A stretch of DNA of 64,000 nucleotides from a virus: the IMG/VR virus record IMGVR_UViG_3300033146_001239, positions 4,085 through 68,084 of that record; one strand, given 5' to 3'. The notes beneath the pieces were generated by a model. It ran no database searches. It saw only the letters and a list, made by a program, of their open reading frames with translations, and was not told the DNA's origin. Of the stretch, positions 36,312 to 46,600 are shown piece by piece. Numbering within the stretch: position 1 is the stretch's first letter; each line of letters begins with the position of its first letter. A program made the translations under genes and the position numbers.

Positions 36312-37703
36312 TTATGTACCACTTAAAAGTGATTCTTTTTTATTCATTGCATCGATAACTATTCGTTGGTTTTCAGCCTCTTTATTCTTTTTGGCTGCTA
36401 ACATAGAAATACCACCACCACTTTTAGTTACATCAATCTGCATAGTACCATTATTAAAAATAATATCATAAAAGATAATACCATCTTTACCAAATCTAGA
36501 TTTAAGTATTGCTAATGTTGCAGTACCATCTTCTTTTTGGTCTAATGTTTTAGCAATTGAGACAATGAAATGACCTATCTGACCTCTTTTAATTGAACCA
36601 CCCATTTGGTCTGATTCAACGACTTCTGCTTTAATTGAGCTTCTGTTACCTTGAACAGCAGTCCACCCAGCTACATCGAAATCAACTAATAATGTTTCAA
36701 ACGACCTCATTATATCACCTTCTGCATCCCAAGTGTTCTGAAATGATTTAGTTGGTACAATACAATCGATATAATCTAATAAAATTAAGTCTGGTTTGAA
36801 ACCTTTTGCTCTTTCTTGTCTAAGGAATTGTCTAACTTTTTGCATTGATGTCCCATCTGATGGGAATTTCTTTAACATAATTCTACCTTTACTGTTCTTT
36901 TTGGTTTCAATGAGTTCTTGTAATTCATCTCTATGATTAGATAATTCACTAAGTTCAATTCCAGACCAACACGATAAGTGTTTTCTCTGAATTACTTTCG
37001 GCATATCCTCAAAAAAGATTTGTAATACATTGTACCCTAAATCCATAGCACTATTGGCTATTTTTGTAATCATTGTTGTTTTTCCAACTCCAAAGGGGGC
37101 TAATATAACACCAAGTTCACCTTTTGCTAGACCACCATTCATATGTTCATCTAAACCAGCAATACCTGTTGGTATTGGGTCTCTAAAATCATCAGCAAGA
37201 ACGGTATCAATTGAATCTAACACGTCGACACCTTGACCTTTATCGTCACCAATCTCAAGGACCTTCTTTATCATCTCTTCGGCTTGGTCGTAATTGTCAG
37301 AATCACCCTTATCAACTAATACTTTTAGTTTTGCAACAACTTTCTTTAATTCTTGTTGTTTACAGAAACCCATACCTTGTTTTTGGATTAATTCAGTGTC
37401 GTGTAAGTCAACTTCTTTGATTTCATCTAAGACAGTTTCGGTATACTCTAAACGAATTTCATCATTTATATCCACTTTTAAGCGAATTCGCAACGTTTCG
37501 TAATTAGGTATAATTTCACTCTCATCCCAAGCATCTTTAATTTTAACCATTAATGTTCGCATTGGTTCTTCATCAAAATAATTCGGTTCAAGAATATCTA
37601 TGATAGAATTTGCGAATTTATGGTCAGTTAAAACTTGTGCAAGAAGTCTGATTTGGAAATCATAACCTAAGTACCCTAACGTGTTATTATTTGTTTTACT
37701 CAT
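36312..37703 (-). CDS. Replicative DNA helicase (DnaB / T4 gp41-like)
   Basis: IPTGIAGLD, GGLAKGEL, Walker A APFGVGKT, LLDYID, WTAVQGNR, KSRFG. Confidence 0.92.
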   Translation of the reverse strand: MSKTNNNTLGYLGYDFQIRLLAQVLTDHKFANSIIDILEPNYFDEEPMRTLMVKIKDAWDESEIIPNYETLRIRLKVDINDEIRLEYTETVLDEIKEVDLHDTELIQKQGMGFCKQQELKKVVAKLKVLVDKGDSDNYDQAEEMIKKVLEIGDDKGQGVDVLDSIDTVLADDFRDPIPTGIAGLDEHMNGGLAKGELGVILAPFGVGKTTMITKIANSAMDLGYNVLQIFFEDMPKVIQRKHLSCWSGIELSELSNHRDELQELIETKKNSKGRIMLKKFPSDGTSMQKVRQFLRQERAKGFKPDLILLDYIDCIVPTKSFQNTWDAEGDIMRSFETLLVDFDVAGWTAVQGNRSSIKAEVVESDQMGGSIKRGQIGHFIVSIAKTLDQKEDGTATLAILKSRFGKDGIIFYDIIFNNGTMQIDVTKSGGGISMLAAKKNKEAENQRIVIDAMNKKESLLSGT

Positions 37704-37732
37704 TCTGAAACTCTTTGTAAAAATAAATATGT

Positions 37733-38197
37733 CTAAAGTTCAACTTCTCCATATTTTTTAGTAAATTTTTTACTACCCAATGTTTTTCTAATATTATAAA
37801 CAATATCTGGTATAAGTGACTTAATATCAATTTGATATCTCACCGCTGGTGGGTAAACAGTACCATCAAAATCACCCTTAATTACTGATTCCTTATCGAT
37901 TTTTATTTCAAAAGAAAATATGTGTTCTTTATCATAAATGTTATCCGTTGGAACATCTTCTTGCTTTTGTTCAACATATGGGTTAAATCTACCCCATAAA
38001 TAATCATCAGTTTTTTCTTTTAAATCTGATTTAATTAATGAAACACAATCCTCATATAACCATTTTAAATCCATAGAATCTAAAACATTATCATTATAAC
38101 CTAACACATTGAAATATCTTTGAACTATTATGTGTCCATTGATGTATAATAAAAATTCAAATCTTTGTTCAATACTTCTTTTTTCTCTTTTTTCCAT
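37733..38197 (-). CDS. Hypothetical protein
   Basis: 154-aa ORF within the replication operon. Confidence 0.65.
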   Translation of the reverse strand: MEKREKRSIEQRFEFLLYINGHIIVQRYFNVLGYNDNVLDSMDLKWLYEDCVSLIKSDLKEKTDDYLWGRFNPYVEQKQEDVPTDNIYDKEHIFSFEIKIDKESVIKGDFDGTVYPPAVRYQIDIKSLIPDIVYNIRKTLGSKKFTKKYGEVEL

Positions 38198-38209
38198 TTT
38201 TATTGATTT

Positions 38210-38431
38210 TTAAATTAAACTTTTTTCTCTATTTATTATTCTTTTAAATGGGAATAAATAATTATCCATATTATAATCCCTAATTATATCCGTTAATCTA
38301 TGTTCTTTCATTAACTTATGAACATTTTTAAGACTTCTACCTTCGAAATCTATTGGAGCACCAATCATTGAATCTAATGCTTGGGTGGCTTGTTGTGTCA
38401 TTAACGGCTTTTTAATTACCTTGTACACCAT
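38210..38431 (-). CDS. Probable separated C-terminal part of the 5'-3' exonuclease (+1 frame)
   Basis: Overlaps the end of 38412..39230. KKPLMTQQA...IDFEGRSLKNV reads as the expected C-terminal continuation. Confidence 0.5.
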   Translation of the reverse strand: MVYKVIKKPLMTQQATQALDSMIGAPIDFEGRSLKNVHKLMKEHRLTDIIRDYNMDNYLFPFKRIINREKSLI

Positions 38432-39230
38432 TAGTTATCCCCTCTATGATGTTCGTATAGACTTTTAACGGCTTTTTTTTATTATTAACTCTTTCATCTT
38501 GTAATTCTGTTGCTCGATTAATTAACCAATTAACATCAACTTTTTGTGTTTTAACTTCTGGAAAATATTTTAATAATGTTTGTAAACCAAGGCCTTTAAT
38601 ACCTTTAATCGAGTCTGATGTATCACCAACAACAATTTTAGTGAATAACGCATTAAATAATGGGATTCCTATAGTTTCTAAATAATTAGATTTAGTTAAT
38701 TCAATTTTTTTATCAATTAAATAAATTTTCACATTATCATCAATCAACTGACCCATATCTCTATCGTTTGTCATAATAGTAATTTTATATTCACCATTAT
38801 TATTATTATTACAAAAATAGGCAATACAATCATCACCCTCGATTATATCATCTTGATATTGTCGAATAGATAATTCTTCTAAATAAGTAGAAACGATATT
38901 TTTTTGTATTAAGAAATCTGGGTCTGGAATACTACCATTAACATAATCTTTACCGCGACCACTTTTGTAGTCGCTATATAGATTATATCGTAGTTTACCA
39001 CTAAATTTTCCATCCCAAAATACATATACTTGTTGAAAAAAACTTTCATGTAAACGTTTTCGTAATAATGTTAAAAATTGATAAACACCACCAATATGGT
39101 CACCATCACGATTAATTTCATTTTTAGCCCCGTTATACGCTCTTTTTAGTAAAGCGTTCCCATCAACTAATAATACATGTATTTGTTTTTGCTCAGAACT
39201 CATTCCCCGTTTGGGTGGTCTTCGATTCAT
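38412..39230 (-). CDS. 5'-3' exonuclease / flap endonuclease (PolA N-domain, T4 RNase H-like)
   Basis: LLVDGNAL, VFWDG, YKSGR, EGDDCIA, TNDRDMGQL, GDTSDSIKGIKGLG. Confidence 0.9.
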   Translation of the reverse strand: MNRRPPKRGMSSEQKQIHVLLVDGNALLKRAYNGAKNEINRDGDHIGGVYQFLTLLRKRLHESFFQQVYVFWDGKFSGKLRYNLYSDYKSGRGKDYVNGSIPDPDFLIQKNIVSTYLEELSIRQYQDDIIEGDDCIAYFCNNNNNGEYKITIMTNDRDMGQLIDDNVKIYLIDKKIELTKSNYLETIGIPLFNALFTKIVVGDTSDSIKGIKGLGLQTLLKYFPEVKTQKVDVNWLINRATELQDERVNNKKKPLKVYTNIIEGITNGVQGN

Positions 39231-39270
39231 CGCATAAATTTTTAAAGGTTAAACAATTTGTAAATGTATA

Positions 39271-40383
39271 TTAACTAACATACATGTCTCTCATCGATTC
39301 ATCACTTGGTTCTGACTCCTCAATAGTAATATCACCATCGGCAATATTTAATTTAGCTAAAAGATAATCTCTATGTTCATCAACATATTCATTCTTTTCA
39401 GCTGGGTTAATAAACCCGTGTGGTGTTGATGCAATTACACCATCCCAAGTTACACCACCAATTTGATTTTTTACAATCTTAATTTTTGCTTTAGTACCGA
39501 ATGCATATTTAGCACCTTTACTAGTCGCGTCTAATGTAGACGTACCGTGAGATTGAATTCCACCCATGTGGATAATCTGTCTAGCCCCATAATAGAATGC
39601 TTCACCACCTTTATGCTTGATTACACCAGCACCTTGCATAGAATCAATCCATATTTTTTGAACACCCACAAAAGTATTCGTATACTCTTTACCTTCTTTT
39701 CTTGATGAAGGGATTCTGTGGTTAAGTATAGATTTAAAGGAAGTTTCTAATGAACCAGCATTCCACATATTATTTTTAGATTTAGATTTCCAAGATTGGA
39801 ATCCATTGATTGAACCTATTGAATCCCAGAAGAAACAAAACTCAACTGGATATTCACCATTAGCTTGTTTATCTAATAATTCTTCAATAAACCTTGCAAC
39901 ATCTTCGTTTACAGCCTCACCTCGTACTTCTTTTTTCTCTTTAGCTTCTTGATAATCGAACTTACCATATTTTTCTAAAAGAGCATCATTATTTATGTAT
40001 AAGAATTCACCAACATAGTTAATAATTTCACCAGTTGATTCGTCAGTAACTTCTTCATACTTAATACCAATTTCTTTAGCATGTTCCCAAGACCAAGAAT
40101 TTTCAGTATCAATTATTACTGGTAAAATACCTAAAGATTGACATCCTACAACACCTTCATATACTGCTGTTGATTTACCAGTATCTGAAAACCCTCTAAA
40201 TAATGTCACATAACCTTTAGCAACCCCAGGTAAACCAATAGCATCTTTATATGCTTTAGAGAATGGTATGTATGTTAATGGTTTATCTTTAACAGATAAA
40301 TCACTTATACCTAAATCTTTTCGTATATCAGCCATGCTAAATGTTTTTTTCTTTATTGGTTTTTTTGGACTTTTTTTTGGCAT
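39271..40383 (-). CDS. RecA/UvsX-like recombinase
   Basis: Walker A GFSDTGKST, IIDTE, Walker B FFWDSIGS, KGGEA, KIVKNQ. Confidence 0.88.
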   Translation of the reverse strand: MPKKSPKKPIKKKTFSMADIRKDLGISDLSVKDKPLTYIPFSKAYKDAIGLPGVAKGYVTLFRGFSDTGKSTAVYEGVVGCQSLGILPVIIDTENSWSWEHAKEIGIKYEEVTDESTGEIINYVGEFLYINNDALLEKYGKFDYQEAKEKKEVRGEAVNEDVARFIEELLDKQANGEYPVEFCFFWDSIGSINGFQSWKSKSKNNMWNAGSLETSFKSILNHRIPSSRKEGKEYTNTFVGVQKIWIDSMQGAGVIKHKGGEAFYYGARQIIHMGGIQSHGTSTLDATSKGAKYAFGTKAKIKIVKNQIGGVTWDGVIASTPHGFINPAEKNEYVDEHRDYLLAKLNIADGDITIEESEPSDESMRDMYVS

Positions 40384-40412
40384 TTTAATTTTTTTAATAA
40401 AACGTTATTGTT

Positions 40413-40440
40413 AAAATGCGTAGCTAGCTACGCATTTTTT
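40413..40440. terminator. Intrinsic terminator, perfect palindrome
   Basis: AAAATGCGTAGC-TA-GCTACGCATTTT downstream of the SSB gene. Confidence 0.75.
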
Positions 40441-40462
40441 AATTTATGGTCATTACCTTTTT

Positions 40463-41362
40463 TTAAAATGGTAAATCATCGTCCTCATCCGCTGGTGGGG
40501 TGGTAGATTCTGGTGCTGGTGTATTTGTTACAGCCGCAGTTTGTTCTTTAATTTCCTCACCAGTTGATGGTGATGCTTCATCAGCACCCATAGTTATTGG
40601 TTCAGCATTAGTTTCTAACTCAACTTTATCAGCCCATTGCCCTTTTTCTTTATCCCAAACAGGTTCACCACCTTTAACGATAATTTTTAAGAATTCGTAA
40701 GGTTTAATAGCGTAAACATCTCTCCAAGTTCTTTTATCATCTAACCAACCTTTTGCCACTTCTGCTTCAGCGTGTAATGGTTTAGAGTCATCAAAAAGAA
40801 TTGAATTAACTTGAGGTCTACCGTTTTGGTCTCTTGTAATATTTATGATTAAATCTCTACCAGTTGTAGCGTCAGTGATATTACCTTTAGCTCTAATTAT
40901 AGCGATTATTTTATCTAAAATACCAGTACCACGATAATCATGATTGAATCTCCAGAATTTAGGACCATGAGCCTCATTTTCTCTGTCAATTAATTTAGTA
41001 ACGTAAGTACGTCTAGATGTGTAATCTTTTGCTAAGGTTTTATTAGAGTCTTTACCAGTTGCTAATAATGCTTCTCTAGCCTCACAGAACGGACATGGTT
41101 TGTCATCGTTATGATTTAAACATGCGAATTTTTTCCATTTACCATCGATTTGTTTGCTATGAACATACATTTCTTTAAACGGTGTTTCACCATTCTCTGT
41201 AGGTAAAATTCTAACATATTTAGTTGCTGAGTTTACACCATCTGGTAAGAAAGTGTTGAAGTAATTATCTAGACTGAATTCAGTCTTATTTGTTGTTTTT
41301 TTCTTTGTATTATTATCGTATTGTGCCATCATCGCTTGTACGATATCGTTTGTTTCTGCCAT
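40463..41362 (-). CDS. Single-stranded DNA-binding protein (T4 gp32-like)
   Basis: VRILP...PF, H...C...CPFCE zinc site, D..TGRDL and acidic C-terminal tail DEDDDLPF. Confidence 0.88.
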   Translation of the reverse strand: MAETNDIVQAMMAQYDNNTKKKTTNKTEFSLDNYFNTFLPDGVNSATKYVRILPTENGETPFKEMYVHSKQIDGKWKKFACLNHNDDKPCPFCEAREALLATGKDSNKTLAKDYTSRRTYVTKLIDRENEAHGPKFWRFNHDYRGTGILDKIIAIIRAKGNITDATTGRDLIINITRDQNGRPQVNSILFDDSKPLHAEAEVAKGWLDDKRTWRDVYAIKPYEFLKIIVKGGEPVWDKEKGQWADKVELETNAEPITMGADEASPSTGEEIKEQTAAVTNTPAPESTTPPADEDDDLPF

Positions 41363-41363
41363 A

Positions 41364-41502
41364 GTATTTCTATTTTGCGTATTTCTATTAATTTATTTCT
41401 ATATCTCCCGTATTTCTATTTGCGTATTTCTATTAAGTATTTCTGTTTCGTATTTCTATTTTTCTCCTTTCTTTAAATGTTAATATTATCGTTATTTCTA
41501 TA
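41364..41502 (-). repeat. Array of 7-8 copies of an 11-nt motif (mRNA sense AATAGAAATAC) in the SSB 5' leader
   Basis: Plus-strand GTATTTCTATT or close variants at 41364, 41379, 41393, 41410, 41424, 41437, 41450 and 41492. Confidence 0.9.
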
Positions 41503-41506
41503 TTAT

Positions 41507-41535
41507 ATAAATATCAAAAAAACCAGAAAAGTCAA
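41507..41535 (-). promoter_or_regulatory. Phage-type promoter TTGACT-N16-TATTTAT upstream of SSB
   Basis: Minus strand TTGACT TTTCTGGTTTTTTTGA TATTTAT. A TATTTTTG host-type -7 box also lies at 41558-41565. Confidence 0.55.
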
Positions 41536-41615
41536 GCTTTAACGACATTAATTTCAACAAAAATATGATACTTTTTTAACTTTCGCCACTATTATTTTAA
41601 AAAATTTTAATAAAA

Positions 41616-41645
41616 AAAAACCAGACCTATAATAGTCTGGTTTTA
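41616..41645 (-). terminator. Intrinsic terminator
   Basis: AAAAACCAGAC-ctataata-GTCTGGTTTTT with a poly-T tail on the minus strand. Confidence 0.75.
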
Positions 41646-41667
41646 AAGTATTTAATTTTCCTTAAAT

Positions 41668-42396
41668 TTAGTATGTTATATCCTCTTCTTCAAAATCATT
41701 AAATGAATCTTGGATAGTATTTGAATTATAATCACCTTCAACATCTTGTTGAGTTAAAACTAATTCTTTTTCATCATCGTCAGTATCCATTACATCATAT
41801 TTACCTTTTTTTTCTGACCAATAATCAGTTAATTTAAGACTATATGGGTATGAATCCAATGAACGCATTTCTAATTTTTCCTCTTCACTAGGCATACGCT
41901 TATCAATTTCTATTTCCATATCTTCAATTTTCTTAGATATACTATCCATTTTTTGTAAACTACCTTGTAATTCACTAAATTTACTCATTAATATATCCAT
42001 TTTTTGATTAGCAGAATTAGCAATATTTTTAGTTTCTTCATTATCTTTAACTAAATCAGTAATATCAATTTCAACTTCATCTTCAGCTGGTTCTTCTGGA
42101 AGTGGTTCATCTAATGGTTCATCATCAAATTCACCAAAATCATCACCACTATCTAAATCAATCGGTTTGTCTTCAAAGTCCTCTTTTTCATCTGAACCTT
42201 CTTCTGAATCCTCTAACCCATCGGTATCCTCTGCATCATCTGGTATTGGTTCGTCACCAGGAACTTCACCTAATACCAACTCCTCATCAGATTCGATATC
42301 AGTATCAACAGTATCTCTAGCGTCGAAGAAATCGTATTCATAAAGTAATTTATGCTTCTTTAATTCTTCTTTTAATAATTTTTCGTTTATACCCAT
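41668..42396 (-). CDS. Highly acidic protein with coiled coil, possibly scaffold or head-internal
   Basis: D/E-rich central region, EVEIDITDLV, then a heptad-rich segment. Confidence 0.6.
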   Translation of the reverse strand: MGINEKLLKEELKKHKLLYEYDFFDARDTVDTDIESDEELVLGEVPGDEPIPDDAEDTDGLEDSEEGSDEKEDFEDKPIDLDSGDDFGEFDDEPLDEPLPEEPAEDEVEIDITDLVKDNEETKNIANSANQKMDILMSKFSELQGSLQKMDSISKKIEDMEIEIDKRMPSEEEKLEMRSLDSYPYSLKLTDYWSEKKGKYDVMDTDDDEKELVLTQQDVEGDYNSNTIQDSFNDFEEEDITY

Positions 42397-42409
42397 CGTA
42401 AATATATTT

Positions 42410-42583
42410 TTATACTAATAATTCTCTACCATCATCAGTAATCATTCTCTTATTAACTCTTTCGATTAACCCATCCTTTTTTGTTGGGATTATGCAAGTC
42501 TCATCTTTGCATACTTCACCTTCTTCTATATTATCATTTAAGAATTCATCTAGGTTATCGTTTAATTTTTTATCTTCATCCAT
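42410..42583 (-). CDS. Small hypothetical protein (57 aa)
   Basis: Not in the ORF track. MDEDKKLNDNLDEFLNDNIEEGEVCKDETCIIPTKKDGLIERVNKRMITDDGRELLV*; TATTTAT at 42618-42624. Confidence 0.7.
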   Translation of the reverse strand: MDEDKKLNDNLDEFLNDNIEEGEVCKDETCIIPTKKDGLIERVNKRMITDDGRELLV

Positions 42584-42631
42584 AATCTTTAGTTTAAGAA
42601 TTGTTATCTATATATCTATAAATATAACGAA

Positions 42632-43027
42632 TTAGGTAAAAATTCGTTCAATATTATAAATGGTTAACACATTTTTACTGTTTAAAATTAACTTTCCTTG
42701 ATATAAATCCCAATCTATTTTATATTTTTTAACATCAATATTGTGGATATCCTCACCAACTTCATTCTGAATTAATTTATTTAAGGCATTAATTGTATAA
42801 ATAGCCATACCTCTCTTATGTATTGGAATTGCATTTGGAAACAATAATTTTAAATTAACTTTCTTCTTCACTTTAAATTTAAAGGTAACAATTAATTTAC
42901 TTTCATCATCTAAATTTTTAAAGATGAAGACTTTATCTTTGTTTATATTAAATTTGGTTTCTAAGTAATTTAAGAACCAATCTAACCTCTCTGGGAATAT
43001 AAAAGATGCTACTAATATTTTATTCAT
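42632..43027 (-). CDS. Hypothetical phage protein
   Basis: 131-aa ORF (IHKR...IYTINALN), coupled to the upstream gene. Confidence 0.65.
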   Translation of the reverse strand: MNKILVASFIFPERLDWFLNYLETKFNINKDKVFIFKNLDDESKLIVTFKFKVKKKVNLKLLFPNAIPIHKRGMAIYTINALNKLIQNEVGEDIHNIDVKKYKIDWDLYQGKLILNSKNVLTIYNIERIFT

Positions 43028-43622
43028 TATCTATAGAGTATAAAAATGGTAAATATCTTATGTTATCATCTAGCGCAGCGATATCATTACCATACTCTAT
43101 AAGTATCTCATCAATGTCTAAAAAACCACCAACTAATTTTTTAAATTTATTAATTATACTATCTCTTGAGATACCAGCGAATTCGCAAATATCAAGGTCA
43201 AAACTAAAAATTATTTTATCACCATAAATATAAATTACACGGTCATCTTTTATTATACCTTTAGGGTTTTTTAATTCGCTTAATTTTTTAGATATTTTGT
43301 CTAACTTTTTTTTAGAATAATGTATTGGGTCTATATAGATAAAATTTATATCATTAACAAATTGTAAAAAACAAATATTTACAAATTCAACAACTATTTG
43401 ATTAAATTTATCTTTCTTTTCATTTTTATCAAAAGTCCAATATAATTTATCTGTAATATTATGTTTTAAAATATTAAAAGTCGGAAATAAATTTTTAACA
43501 TCTTTAAAACCAATAACCAATGTTGGTAATCCTTGAATTATATCATCATAGGACTCTACCATATTAAACCGAGGGTTAATATTAAAAAAATTCTTTGTAA
43601 CAATATTTCCAATTATTTTCAT
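43020..43622 (-). CDS. Hypothetical protein
   Basis: 200-aa ORF directly after a host-type promoter. Confidence 0.65.
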   Translation of the reverse strand: MKIIGNIVTKNFFNINPRFNMVESYDDIIQGLPTLVIGFKDVKNLFPTFNILKHNITDKLYWTFDKNEKKDKFNQIVVEFVNICFLQFVNDINFIYIDPIHYSKKKLDKISKKLSELKNPKGIIKDDRVIYIYGDKIIFSFDLDICEFAGISRDSIINKFKKLVGGFLDIDEILIEYGNDIAALDDNIRYLPFLYSIDNE

Positions 43623-43626
43623 ATTA

Positions 43627-43657
43627 CAAAGATATAATTTTCTTTTAAGAAAATCAA
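43627..43657 (-). promoter_or_regulatory. Bacteroidetes-type promoter (TTG-N20-TATCTTTG), leaderless
   Basis: TTG ATTTTCTTAAAAGAAAATTA TATCTTTG TAAT ATG; nearly the same layout as 8509-8539. Confidence 0.7.
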
Positions 43658-46600
43658 TTAATCTTGTGGTGCTAACCCTTTTTTAAATTTACATTTACCT
43701 AAAACACCAGATTCTAATAATAATAATGGGTCTTTATCAAAATATCTATTATTGGTCCAAGTACCACCATTTTTATTTTCAAAGATACTAAAATGTAAAT
43801 GTAATCCAGTACTATGACCAGCGGTATCTACACCATTAATTATTTTTTTATTTTGAATACCACCAATCGCCGCAATAATTTGGCCTTGTTTAACTGTTTT
43901 ATTAATTGCAGACGAAAAATCAACACCAGAAATTATTTCTTTTCCACCACTTGTTGTGCCACTTGGGATTGCTAGAATAGAATCGTCAACATCGTATAAA
44001 TGACCATATAATGAAAAATATTTATGACCAGTTTCTTTAATTTCATGACTAATCACCATATATAAACCATAACCACCTGGATTCATTTTCAATGTAACTA
44101 TTTTCCCACCAGCAACTGCTTTTACATCCGAACCTAATTTAATTTTATTCGTTTTTCCAAAATCAACACCATTATGGTGACCAGTTTTTCCATTTAATGT
44201 TCTAATACCATAAAGTGCTGTGACACGTAATTCATCTAATGGGTCTGTAAATGTAAAACCAGTTAAATTTTTAACATCTTCTGTATGTATTTTTTTACCA
44301 GCGACTTCTCTTTCAGTATATGGTCCAACATTTGCTTTTGTAAAATCACCAGAATTTGGAATTGCCCCTAACATATTCATATATAATGAAACCTCATCTA
44401 TTAGCTTAGTTTTAGTTGATTTAATCCTAACACCTTTAAATCTAGTAGACATATGATTAGGTTTTATCGAATGACTAACTTTAATTATTAAATAAGCACC
44501 CTTAAACATCGGAATATTATTTAATTGGAAATACATCATAGGTTGAATCATTGCATCACCTAACATTTCAACTTCACATGAATATGAACGAGTATTATAT
44601 ATATTAAATAAATTTTGACCTATTGTTGACCTATTTATTTCAGAACCACGCATAGATATATCATCAAGTATTTTTAATGATTCTTGTGTTTCTGAAAATT
44701 CCTCTTGGTCTAAACTAACATCTTTAAAATAATTTTGATTTTCTTGACCATAATTTACAGCAAAAATTGGTGCACTACCAAATTTATTATCTGGGTCATC
44801 CATGTTAACCCCATCACTTGGATATTTACCATCCTCACCCATATCTAAATGAATTGATTTCTGACCAGAATAAACACAAACAAATGATGGACCATTTTCA
44901 TGACTAATTTCTAATGAATCATCTAAATAAGAAAATGGTCTAAACGCGTCTTTTAATCCACCAATAGTTTTATAATTAATATAATTAGGTAATGGTATAA
45001 AATTAAAATAATTATCACTTAATAACCTACTAACAACGTCATAAAAACTTTGATTCAAATCACCCATAATATTTTTCTTTAATGTATTTGGGTTTATCAA
45101 AAATTTATCACCAATATCTTCAAAATCTCTATCTAAAAATTTAAATGTATCAATTAAATTACCGCCACGTAAGCACGAATTATTTCTATCATCGTTTCCA
45201 ACACCCGCAACCCATTTTTCAAATATAGATTTAATTGAACGATATAACGTTAATTTTACCATATCATTATCAATCGAATTAAACATTTGTTCTTTAATTT
45301 CTTCATCTCTATTAACACCATCTTTATTACTCTTTTCGACTAATCTATGATATTCCAATGATAAAGTTGTTAAATAATTTTTAAAATCTGTTTTTTTAAT
45401 ATTTAATTTTATATTATCAGTGGTATGATTAACAAATTTATTTCTTTTTTTATTACCATCATCGCTATATACATTCCAAATACGCCACGACCCATTAATC
45501 ATTTTTAAATCAACATTAGTAAACAATGTATATAATTCTTTTTGTATCTGAGTGTTATTTTTCAATTCAGTTATAAAATTTTTACTATTTCCATATTCTT
45601 CAATACCCCAAATTCTACGGTAATTATCTCTATTAAAATGATTATAATAATCATTTGGTGTTATAACACCATTTTTAATGTCATCCCAACTATCATATAA
45701 GCTAATTAAATCTGAATAACTATCAACTATTTCTAATTTAGATTTAATATTTAACCAAGAAGTGTTCCCCCATTTAGTAAACTCAGTTATAAATAAATCC
45801 TTAACTTGTTTTGGTAAATCACAAATAACCCTCTCAATTTTTAACCCCACAATATCAGAATCATGACAAAATTGCATTGAGCAAGATAATTCCGTTAAAC
45901 CAAGGTCAACTTCTAAACCTTGTATAAACCCATTACCATAACTAAAATATTGTGTCAAATATTCATATTTTTCTGGTTTATTATTTGAATCCATAAATGG
46001 AATATAATAATGTGAACCATTATTATATTTAATTGGGTCAACATTTTTACTTAAACGCCATAACAACCCACCAATAAATAATATCCAAGTATACGGTAAT
46101 TTTAGATAACTAGAACGCTCACTAAGTAAACCTTGAATAACTTGATTACTTAAAACACCTGGTGATTTATTTGTTTGATTTATTATATTATTTTTAATGT
46201 TAAATGTATTATCATCAGATTCATATTGTTGGATTAATGGTAATGTATGTAAAAATAAAAAGGCTTTCGATATATTATCTTGTGCATAATAAAATTCACT
46301 ACCAAATAAATCAAATTCATGTGTATGGTTTTCACCATCACTATCTTGAATATTAAAAATAAAACCTGGAATATAAAATCCATCTTGATTTAATATAGGG
46401 GTTACTTCCAACGAATCCCTCATTACCCATCGCATATCTGGTAATAATGGTATTAATTTAGGGTCAAATGAAGAATAACCTACAGTTGAACATTTTTCAA
46501 ATTTATCAATTGTTAACCCACTTAATGATTTTTCTATATCATACCCAAAACCAATAGAAACGTCATAGATATTTCGTAAACCATTTGGGTAATTTACACC

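Noticed and set aside
34330-40383. Further inteins in RNR, helicase or RecA
   Set aside because: Their catalytic and Walker A motifs (NPCAE, GVGKT, DTGKST) are uninterrupted and the protein sizes are normal.
41364-41502. CRISPR array
   Set aside because: Repeats are only 11 nt with 2-6 nt spacers, and there is no cas operon. The PD-(D/E)XK nuclease at 6091 is a common stand-alone phage gene.
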